From Bigelowiella natans CCMP2755 (lineage: Eukaryota; Protista; Cercozoa), in contig ADNK01000489.1 in NCBI GenBank assembly GCA_000320545.1, positions 1 through 64,000 on the forward strand: 64,000 nt of DNA, read 5' to 3'. Shown here one piece after another: positions 13,792-22,978 of the stretch. Position 1 is the first letter of the stretch. Each line of letters starts with the position of its first letter. A program made the position numbers and the translations under genes. The notes beneath the pieces were generated by a model. The model was given only the letters and a program-made list of their open reading frames with translations, made no database searches and was not told the DNA's origin.

Positions 13792-14117
13792 TGTAGCGCG
13801 TACCACTACGCGGGCACAAGTCACGTGCGACAACAAAGGGGTTGTCGCGGATATAGAATATAGATAACGTAGATATTAATACAGCATAGGCACGTGGGTT
13901 CCGGCGGGACTCATGGCAGCACACCGGAAGTGTGCTGCCCCACGTGCGGCGGCATTCGCGAAAGCTTCGCGAATGATTACGCAGTGCACGATTTAATAAA
14001 AATATAATCTTTAATAAAAATAAACACAACTCTTCAAAAGGAAGCAAACGTGCCTTTCCCCCCCCCTGCCTACTTGTGCACGTAGCGCCTCGGCCTGTGA
14101 ACACCTTACGCGCAACA
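13792..14117 (+). repeat. 5' LTR of copy 1
   Basis: TGTAGCGCGTA...TACGCGCAACA imperfect terminal inverted repeat; appears identical to 19182-19507. Confidence 0.97.
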
Positions 14118-14122
14118 ACCTT

Positions 14123-14140
14123 TGGCTTCCACACACGGGA
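14123..14140 (+). promoter_or_regulatory. Putative tRNA primer-binding site
   Basis: TGGCTTCCACACACGGGA 5 nt after the LTR, complementary to a tRNA-like 3' end ...UGUGGAAG-CCA (A72/G73 suggests Glu or Asp; not verified). Confidence 0.7.
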
Positions 14141-14156
14141 AACGATTTGACTAACA

Positions 14157-17100
14157 ATGTCACAGCAGCTAGAAGAACAGCAGGACTTTGGCTCGCAGGC
14201 CGTGCAAGGGCACGAGCAGAAACAGGAAAGGAAGGGCGATACGGACGCTAAGGAAGGAGGAGGAACACCTCCACAGGCACCGCCGGGACCAGCACCCGGG
14301 ATTAAGAAAGCAGATGCAGCAGCAGAGGCACTGGAGAACTTCTACGAGGCGGACGACGAGGACGTGGCCGCCGAAAGCAAGAAGGTCGTAATGGCATTAC
14401 GAGCCTTGCGACCCAGGGCGAGCAACTACGCCAAACTGAAAGTATCGATAGAATACAAGTATCAGACACATGATGTTTGGGCAGCTATCATGCAGGACAT
14501 CATGGATTACGAAGCAGACTTACCTCCAGAGTGGGCAGCTTTGTTTAGGAACGACGGGGGTCTGGGCGCCTCGCGGGGGACGACCCAGAGCACCGTCAAG
14601 CAGCAGCAGCCGGTACAGCGGAACACCCAGTTCATGTCTGTTAAAACAGCACCGGTTATGATAACGAAATACAACGGGAAAAGAGGTGAGGCAAGGAGGT
14701 GGTGGAAGAACGCTAGGAGTATACTCTGCGACTTTACCCCTAACCCCACCGAAAACGACAAGCTCAAATGGCTAGCTATAATAAAGCAAGCCATGGACCT
14801 TTACGAGACAGGCAGGACCCGGATCAGGCAGCTAGAGAAAATACACACTACAGTTAGTGGGCTACGAGACGTTGAGGCGATAATGAAGGCTTTTGTAAAT
14901 GAACAGGATGCTAACTCCCTACCCCAGGCTATTAGAAAATACAGAGCAATGATGCAGCATGAGAGAGAACCTGTTAGAGACTTTGCCACGCGCTTCCAGG
15001 ATATGATCGACGAACTACATGATTTTAATTACAACACAGGTGATGATCAGGCAAGGTTTGAAGAGTTCAAGTTAAAGATAAAGGAATCCACTTACGTTAC
15101 GGAGGAAGGCTACACCACGATGGAGGCAGCAGTGCAGGCTATATCCCTACGCGAGCAGGAGCAGGACCGCAAGTTTACCAGCCCTAAGGTACCTGGCATA
15201 GGAAACATTAACGCTATTAAGCCGCAGCGAGACTGGTACAAGGACAGGGAAGGTAACCGACGTTGCGGATACTGCTCACGTAAAGGGAAACACACCGCTA
15301 AAGACTGCAGAGACAGGAAAGAAGGACGACCCAGGATGACGATCAGGCAGCTCAACGAACACTACGAGAAGTTAAAGAGAAAGAAAGGCAGAGGACAAGG
15401 ATATAACAACAGCAAATGGCAAGGCAGCAACAACGGGAAGAACAATAAATATAAGAACAAAAAGCAGAACAGTATCAATGCTATACAGCAGCAGATAAAC
15501 GGAATATTAGATCACCTTAAGCAGGCGCCGACGAAGACAGCAGTACCAGCAACGCAGGACCAAGACAAGCCCATGACCCTAGACGACATAAAGAACTTAG
15601 GAGTATGCAACATTAATGACGAAGACGCTAACAGGACTATCAAAGTTGCTATGACCAAGGTTAAAGTTAAAGACAGCTACGGAGACTACAAGAAACTACC
15701 TGCCCTTTGGGATAGTGGCAGCATGCCGAAGTCCTTCATAAGCCTAAGCACAGTAAGAAGGTTAGGACTATTGGATCAAGTGACTAAGAAAGAACGTAAA
15801 TATGCTCAAGCAGACGGAAGCTCTTCCATGAAGACCGTCGGTGAGCTAATGCTAAAGCTACAGATACCTGGCAGCGACGCGGAGACCCAAATCAAGACCC
15901 GAGTAGCCATGACTTTATCCATGGAACTACTCCTCGGACAGGATGCCCTAGAAAAATTAGGGGGGATCATATCATTCTACAATCACAAGATATACTTTGC
16001 TAAGTTGCCAAAGAAGTCAGGCAGGACCATCAGCCAGAACATGATACGGCTTGACGAGTGGACCTCTGAGTCAAGCGTTAATGCGTTAGAGTTTATGGAC
16101 CTAGCGGACAACAAGCTACCTACACCTACCGAGCTACGGAAGAAGAACCCCGGCAAGACCATCCGACAGATAACGGAGCTACTGGACAAGACCCCCCCAG
16201 CTGATGATTGGGATATCGACAAAGGCAAAAAGTACATTAATAAAATATTAAACGAGAAGTACTCTGACATCACCAAGCCGACGACGAAGCCCTCCAGCAA
16301 GCTTACCCCAGTAAAGATCGAGCTAAAGAAGGGATACGAAGAGTGCATCATCAATGACCCAGAACATAGGCGACCGGAAGCGGACTGGGAAAAGATAGAG
16401 TGGCAGATCAATGAATGGGCAAAGGAAGGGAAGATAGAGCCAAGCAACTCACCATGGAACGTGAGACATGTGCTAGCTAAGAAACCTACTTACCCTTTCT
16501 TCCGCCTGGCGCACAACTTCATCCGCCACAACCGAGTAATAAAGAGGATCCAGACACCTACACCAAGGATAGATGACGTTATTGAACACGTCATAGGATA
16601 CAAATACTACTCTTCCCTAGATAAAAATGAATCATACATGCAGACACCCATCCACAAAACCTCCCGCCCCATTACCGCGTTCTCCAGCAGGCACAGGAAG
16701 TGGCACTTCGTCGTATTCCCTTACGGCCTAAGCATATCAGGGGATGCGTTCAGTAGTCAGAACTACAGGGCATACACACATGATGGGATGGCGTCTGTGT
16801 TGTGGGTGTTTGTGTTTGTGTATGTGGATGATGACATAATATGTACCAACACAGTCGTCGCTCAGATCTTCCTCCTGGAAAATATATTTATTAGGTTTGC
16901 ACACTTCGGTTTTACTATTAGACTGCAGAAGTGTACATTCCTAGCTACAAGAATCAAGTGGTGTGGATATTACCTGGAGCAAGGCCGCATCACCCCAAAC
17001 CCCGAGAAAGTAGCAGCACTACAGCAAGCCCCTAAACCTAAGAATGCAAAGGAGTTAAAGTCATTCTTGCAGACTGCAGCTTGGATACTACGTAGGTTCT

Positions 17101-19130
17101 CCCCTACCTACGCTAGGACTGCAGCTGCTTTTACTACTGCTTACCGGAAGGAGAACTCTGTAGGCCTCAGCTTCGCTAAGGTGTGGGCCAAGGCTGGCCT
17201 TGATGCCCACTTCGATAACCTAATAAAGTTATGCAGCAACACCCTATTGAATGCTAAGCTAGACACTACTAGACCAGCTACCCTATGGACAGACTGGTCT
17301 AAGCTAGGTATGGCTGCTGTACTTACCCAAGACCAGCAGATCATACGGGTGTGGGGCAGGGCCTGCACAGCAGCTGAGGCCAAGTACAGCCCTACAAAAG
17401 GAGAGTATAAAGCCATGACTGAGGCGCAGAGGAAACTAAGATACTACCTGCTGTCGGTGCCCAGCTTCACCTTAATGACTGACCACAAGCCCCTCCTAGG
17501 CATCGACCGCAAGCTCGAAGCGCCTAACGATGAGTATGCAGCTATGAGGGCGGACACGGAAGAGTTTAGGGACAAGAGGACAGTGGTCTACGCACCAGGA
17601 GACAAGCAGCTTGCTGACTATTTCAGCAGGCTGTTCGAAAAGAAAGTCCCTACCCAGGTCACCCCTATGGTTAACGCGATTACCTTCGAGGACGGCGACT
17701 TCCTGCCTGAGCCAGAGGAGCTCCAGCACCTTCAAGAACACCTGGATAAATACAAACACAAGCATGAGGTACTTAGTGATAGGATATATGTATACACTAA
17801 TAATGTTAGGCGTACCTACGTGCCACGGCGGACCAGGGGAGCCCTTCTCTTTACCGCCCATGGACCTGCACACGTAGGAGAAAACCATATCACTGCTCTA
17901 CTCTACCATTACTACTGGCCCTACAAGCTAAAAGAGATAAGGACATACCTGCGTGGCTGCAGGTGCTCCAGCTTGAAGGCGGCAGGCGTCGCCACCAAGG
18001 AGTCCAGCAAGAGCCGTGCATCTAAGAAAATCAAAGCAAGGAACTTCTTAGATATCGTGCAAATTGATGTTTATAAGTACGATGGCTATCACTACCTTAC
18101 CTTCGTTGATGTGGCCACTGGAAAGTGCTGGGTTAAAAAGATTATCAAGGTCAACGTTGCTAAGAAGAACAAAGGCTTATATAAGCAGAGGCTTACTAAC
18201 TGCTACCGTACCTGGGAGTCTGAGCTCCAGGCTATCCCTGATGAAGTTAGCATAAACAAGATACCAAAGAAGTTACATGTGGATAATGAGACCTCTCTTC
18301 TACAGCTACCACACCCTAATATTGATGCCTCACCTGTATACTATGCCCAGTCCAACTCCAAGGTAGAGCGACTCCACCGCACCTTGGCCAACCTAAGCAG
18401 GATAAATAGCACCACACCAGACAAGATACAAGGGTTAGTAAACGACACCTTCACGTCTGGGGGAGGTATCAAGGATAAGGAGAGGGAAGAAGGCGACGAC
18501 AACGACGACGATACCGAGAGCGAAGACGAGAAGGTCCCGTACGATGGCCGAGTTCTAAAGGAAGGACAGTATGTTAGGGCCAAGGTAAATCTGAGATCGA
18601 GAAATAAACAAGACCCCTTCTGGGGTGGCGTTGCAAAGGTTACCGAGAGGAAGGGGAGGAAGCAGTACTACATCTATGATGGGAACAGGGTCACCTTGCG
18701 CCACATCAGTCACCTAAAGAATTATGATATCGGTGAGAAGCTCCTAGAGGATGTTAAAGTAAACCCTACTGTGTGGGAGCGAGCAATGCCTTGTTTAGGA
18801 CCCCGACCTAAGTTCGATGTGGAATATGGAAACAATAAGGTCAGGGTGAACGACGATTGGCGCATGAAGATTGTCTATCTAGGCTACCCTGGATTACGAA
18901 ATATGGAGAGGGTAGCTATGAAAATAAAGGACGGAAAATATCAGCTACTCTACCTAGCTGTTCCCGACTTACCCTTTGAGCACTGGTATAAGGTCCTGGG
19001 GGACCTTGATGCAGAGGGCTGGTATGGACACGAACCTAAGGACGAAGGTGAGTTCTGGGTAAGCGACAAAGGAGATAAGGTTAGAGAGGAATCTATTACC
19101 TGGTGGTTGGTGAAGTTCCGAAAGCGATGA
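14157..19130 (+). CDS. Gag-Pol polyprotein, 1657 aa (Gag with Cx2Cx5Hx4C knuckle, aspartic protease, RT, RNase H, integrase, C-terminal Dam-like domain)
   Basis: ALWDSGS protease; LDKNESYMQ, PYGLS, YVDD RT; TDWS, TDHKPL, ADYFSR RNase H; AHGPAHVG...YYWP...CRC, IDV, VDNE, NSKVER integrase. Confidence 0.97.
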   Translation: MSQQLEEQQDFGSQAVQGHEQKQERKGDTDAKEGGGTPPQAPPGPAPGIKKADAAAEALENFYEADDEDVAAESKKVVMALRALRPRASNYAKLKVSIEYKYQTHDVWAAIMQDIMDYEADLPPEWAALFRNDGGLGASRGTTQSTVKQQQPVQRNTQFMSVKTAPVMITKYNGKRGEARRWWKNARSILCDFTPNPTENDKLKWLAIIKQAMDLYETGRTRIRQLEKIHTTVSGLRDVEAIMKAFVNEQDANSLPQAIRKYRAMMQHEREPVRDFATRFQDMIDELHDFNYNTGDDQARFEEFKLKIKESTYVTEEGYTTMEAAVQAISLREQEQDRKFTSPKVPGIGNINAIKPQRDWYKDREGNRRCGYCSRKGKHTAKDCRDRKEGRPRMTIRQLNEHYEKLKRKKGRGQGYNNSKWQGSNNGKNNKYKNKKQNSINAIQQQINGILDHLKQAPTKTAVPATQDQDKPMTLDDIKNLGVCNINDEDANRTIKVAMTKVKVKDSYGDYKKLPALWDSGSMPKSFISLSTVRRLGLLDQVTKKERKYAQADGSSSMKTVGELMLKLQIPGSDAETQIKTRVAMTLSMELLLGQDALEKLGGIISFYNHKIYFAKLPKKSGRTISQNMIRLDEWTSESSVNALEFMDLADNKLPTPTELRKKNPGKTIRQITELLDKTPPADDWDIDKGKKYINKILNEKYSDITKPTTKPSSKLTPVKIELKKGYEECIINDPEHRRPEADWEKIEWQINEWAKEGKIEPSNSPWNVRHVLAKKPTYPFFRLAHNFIRHNRVIKRIQTPTPRIDDVIEHVIGYKYYSSLDKNESYMQTPIHKTSRPITAFSSRHRKWHFVVFPYGLSISGDAFSSQNYRAYTHDGMASVLWVFVFVYVDDDIICTNTVVAQIFLLENIFIRFAHFGFTIRLQKCTFLATRIKWCGYYLEQGRITPNPEKVAALQQAPKPKNAKELKSFLQTAAWILRRFSPTYARTAAAFTTAYRKENSVGLSFAKVWAKAGLDAHFDNLIKLCSNTLLNAKLDTTRPATLWTDWSKLGMAAVLTQDQQIIRVWGRACTAAEAKYSPTKGEYKAMTEAQRKLRYYLLSVPSFTLMTDHKPLLGIDRKLEAPNDEYAAMRADTEEFRDKRTVVYAPGDKQLADYFSRLFEKKVPTQVTPMVNAITFEDGDFLPEPEELQHLQEHLDKYKHKHEVLSDRIYVYTNNVRRTYVPRRTRGALLFTAHGPAHVGENHITALLYHYYWPYKLKEIRTYLRGCRCSSLKAAGVATKESSKSRASKKIKARNFLDIVQIDVYKYDGYHYLTFVDVATGKCWVKKIIKVNVAKKNKGLYKQRLTNCYRTWESELQAIPDEVSINKIPKKLHVDNETSLLQLPHPNIDASPVYYAQSNSKVERLHRTLANLSRINSTTPDKIQGLVNDTFTSGGGIKDKEREEGDDNDDDTESEDEKVPYDGRVLKEGQYVRAKVNLRSRNKQDPFWGGVAKVTERKGRKQYYIYDGNRVTLRHISHLKNYDIGEKLLEDVKVNPTVWERAMPCLGPRPKFDVEYGNNKVRVNDDWRMKIVYLGYPGLRNMERVAMKIKDGKYQLLYLAVPDLPFEHWYKVLGDLDAEGWYGHEPKDEGEFWVSDKGDKVREESITWWLVKFRKR

Positions 19131-19140
19131 AGGTCTAAGG

Positions 19141-19181
19141 GAATAAGGAAGGAAGGAAGGAGCAACGTGACTTGGGGGAGG
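19141..19181 (+). promoter_or_regulatory. Polypurine tract region
   Basis: GGAAGGAAGGAAGGAG and GGGGGAGG immediately before the 3' LTR. Confidence 0.8.
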
Positions 19182-19507
19182 TGTAGCGCGTACCACTACG
19201 CGGGCACAAGTCACGTGCGACAACAAAGGGGTTGTCGCGGATATAGAATATAGATAACGTAGATATTAATACAGCATAGGCACGTGGGTTCCGGCGGGAC
19301 TCATGGCAGCACACCGGAAGTGTGCTGCCCCACGTGCGGCGGCATTCGCGAAAGCTTCGCGAATGATTACGCAGTGCACGATTTAATAAAAATATAATCT
19401 TTAATAAAAATAAACACAACTCTTCAAAAGGAAGCAAACGTGCCTTTCCCCCCCCCTGCCTACTTGTGCACGTAGCGCCTCGGCCTGTGAACACCTTACG
19501 CGCAACA
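19182..19507 (+). repeat. 3' LTR of copy 1
   Basis: Direct repeat of 13792-14117, followed by TSD GCTG. Confidence 0.97.
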
Positions 19508-21217
19508 GCTGGAGAGCATTGAACATTGAACATTGAAAGAAGCATTGATGCAAACCACATGAGCAAGAACCACATGCTGGCATGGGAGACATGCACTGAC
19601 AGCGCCTCAACAAAAATCATTGCAAGGAGCAGCGCGAACAACAATGATGATGAACCACGTTTCCAAAGTGTTCCAGTGTTGCAAGACACTTGCAATGTGC
19701 GAACAATGAACAATGCTAGAATGTGCAATGATGATGAGCTGCATTTCCAAAACATGACGAGATGTTTGCAGTGAGCGAAACGCAGTGCCTCGAACCAACT
19801 TCAGTGAGGACTAACTGGTGAAACAAGAAGGAATCAAGAATGGCATTCTGGCCATTCCTCCATTCCTAGTGAAACGCGCGACAACAAAGAAATTCAGAAG
19901 ATCAGTAGGAAATCCTTGCATGAAGTCGGTTCTGCATGTCGTCGTCGTCTTTTCAAGCTGGTTCATTCTTTGCGACAAGCTCGACAGATTCCTGGCCCGT
20001 TTCACCCCCCCCTACAGTAGGCAGTAGGCGCTCCCTTCTCATGGCGAGCATGGACGTTATCCTGCACGATGCTAGCGAATAAGTGAGTCTGGCACACTCC
20101 TGATCCCCTTCATTTGTGACATGATGGCCCGTTTCACTGCCTGCTTTCACTGGGGGGCATTTAATGAGGAGTTTATTTCCATAATTTTTTAGCCCAGTCC
20201 TAGCCAAGGCGCCGTCAATGGACAATGGCGTTCGAATTAATACAGGGGAATTGGCTTTGAATGGTGTAGGATCCAGGCGCTTGACCTCCGCAGTGCAAAG
20301 GTGTGATTTAACAACAAACAAAAAGGACTAACTCGGCGCTTACTAGTGAGAAATGAGCGAAACTCTGGCTTTCTGCAGGAGGAAGAAGGGCATGAAATCC
20401 ATGAGTCCAAGCCCCCCTGTTCACAAGAGACAAACTTATGTCCCGAGCGTTGGCACTGCGAGACGACCGAATCAGTAATGAAATTTCTAACCACATGTTG
20501 AACTCGGCAAGTAGGAATGTGTTGATGAAGTTTTTTAACCCTGTTGTAAAAACCAGCCATGTACTAGAAATAAATGCATTTCAATCGGATGGAAGTGGAC
20601 CACGCCCTCTCCTGGGTACTCGTCGGTTACAAGCGGCACGGGGTGCGACATCTAGACCAGCTGCGGCGACCCAAGGTCTACTTTCTTGTGTTTCTTGCTC
20701 ATTTGTTATTTTTTTTCGCTAGACGCGGTTCTGTAATATGCAAGTGTTCTCCCGAAATCTGTTGATATAATTGAACAACATCAACAACTTTAGCAGGTGC
20801 TCTGGCACGAATGAGAGACAATGCAAAACAGAGTAGACGCAACAGAGCTCCTGGTGCAGGGCTCAAGCGTGCCAATACTCGTTCCGGCGTAACCAGCCCC
20901 AAGAGTCCCACCATTGCGCGTGGCGTGAAAACATGGAACATGCACGAGGCTGCAGCTTCTTCTAATAGTACTAGAGGTGACTAAACTATGAATCATGATT
21001 TTCTCACAGAGGGCAAGGCAATAGAATGTGAAACTAGGAGAAATCTTTTTCACTCTTGATGATTACATACACAGTGGGAGCGCTACCCCAACCTCGACCA
21101 AAGACTAGCTGGTCATACGCCCGCTCGGAACGTAAGAGGAAGAAAACCATTCTTCTATTTCAGTGTTAGTTACTTATATGTTGCAAAAATGCAAACCAAA
21201 ATCACGTAGATGGACAT

Positions 21218-22304
21218 ATGCTTATCCGTCTTAACACCACTACCGCAGGAAAGCAGAATAATAAGCGTTTTCACTTTCCGAAGACATCCCGCTCCCCTCC
21301 AGCGCGCTTGACCACCCAGAAAAACTTCGAGTTTTCTAAGCAAGGGAATATAATTAAGGTACAATTACCCCCAGGATTCAGGGAGTCTGCCCTAAAAATG
21401 CAGCAGCCTTCACGAAGAACATACGTGTCTTACTATTTGTCCATGAGCAGGTGGCAAGGGACAATTCGAAGGAATTCGAACAACGGGACGCCAAAGGGTA
21501 ATAGAACGAATGCTTCTTCTGCATGTCTACAGATGATAGCACATGGACCAATCTGTTGGTGGTGCTTACTTGCTAAACCCTTCCTGTATCATCACTTAGG
21601 AACCAAATCGCAATGCTTAAAGAGGCTCTAGACCAGCGCACTCGTGCTATGATTAAGATAGAACAGGAGCTTGAGCGAATGCGAGAGGAAAATGAACGCC
21701 TCCGTCTCAACGAATCATCACAACATGCAAGGATAAAATATCTGGATGACGAAGGAGGTGCGATACCTTACCTTGACGCGTTTCTCAATCCGCCTTTAGA
21801 AACGCTGGGGAATATTCTTATCTACTCAACTTATGATGATAGCGTTTTAAGGCGAGAGCTTGTCTAAATTTGAGCCAAGTGATGAATATCTTGATGTATG
21901 TTGCAGGTCATACACAAGGCCCCACCCCAAGAGGACAGGTATATTTTTTGCACTGCTGCCTCAACTGAATGCACGAGAGATCATTCGTCTAGTCGTCTTC
22001 CGTTGTTTTCCTATGAAGTGGCCCTAACAACATTCCTTATGGCGTAATCAGCTGTCTTCTGGAATTGAGAGCTCGACCGACAGAAAGAACAATGTCGACG
22101 AAAGACCCAAAAATCCTGTTAGGTCTGAGGAGCCCAGTAAGTCTAAAAGCGAAAACGATCATGCAGAGATGAATCTTCGAGCTCCAAATCCCTCGGTTGA
22201 ACCTAAATCGGATACTAAGGTAGCAGCAGTCTGCTTCGCAACACTTGAACCTGTGGACATTTCGACCCTGTTATCGTCGTGGTGAGGGATGTGCTTGTGT
22301 TTGT

Positions 22305-22342
<38 letters not shown>

Positions 22343-22908
22343 GTTTGGAACAAAATCGCACAAAGGCTAGATCACATGGCAGCATCGGAAAATGTAAGCG
22401 AGGCAGCGGATGAGCCTGATGAGAGGGGCGACGCCGGACAAGCATCACCGCAGATGCAGGAAATCGTCACGATAGAAGATGACGATGAGATTATTTCCTC
22501 GGATGAGGAATCACAGACAGGTCGTCGTGGAAAGACACGCTCACGCTCATCATCGAAAGCGAGTGGTAATAATAGCATACCGATTACTTTAAATGCCAAG
22601 AGCCCTCCCCCCCTTTCTTATCCCTCGCTCTTTCCCTCGACGTCTTCATTTTTCTTGAAGGTGGACGTGACCGGTCTCGATCAGCATCAGCGGCTAGGGG
22701 CGGTGGTCGGCGATCAAGGAGCCCAAGGAGTAAGCGGAGTAGCGCATTCATACCAAGAAGGAAGGACGGCGATATAAAGTAATGTGTTAATAATCATTTC
22801 GTATCATTATGATCACTTTCATTTTTATCATTCACTAGCGGCATCTCCTGTCACACATTTACTTTATCTTCGCTCCTCTGATTTGTGATTTTGCCCTGCT
22901 TACCCCCC

Positions 22909-22978
<70 letters not shown>

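Larger units (their letters stand above)
13792..19507 (+). mobile_element. Intact Ty3/gypsy-type LTR retrotransposon, copy 1
   Basis: 326-bp LTRs 13792-14117 and 19182-19507 (TG...CA), 4-bp TSD GCTG (13788-13791, 19508-19511), PBS and PPT, single gag-pol ORF with PR-RT-RH-IN order. Confidence 0.97.

Noticed and set aside
13568-14134. Antisense ORFs through the LTRs (also 19135-19755, 40632-41033, 46034-46390)
   Set aside because: Non-ATG starts, run into unrelated flanks, no homology cues
19830-21100. Possible gene between LTR copy 1 and the Clu gene
   Set aside because: Only short ORFs with no motifs or consistent splice pattern; cannot support a call
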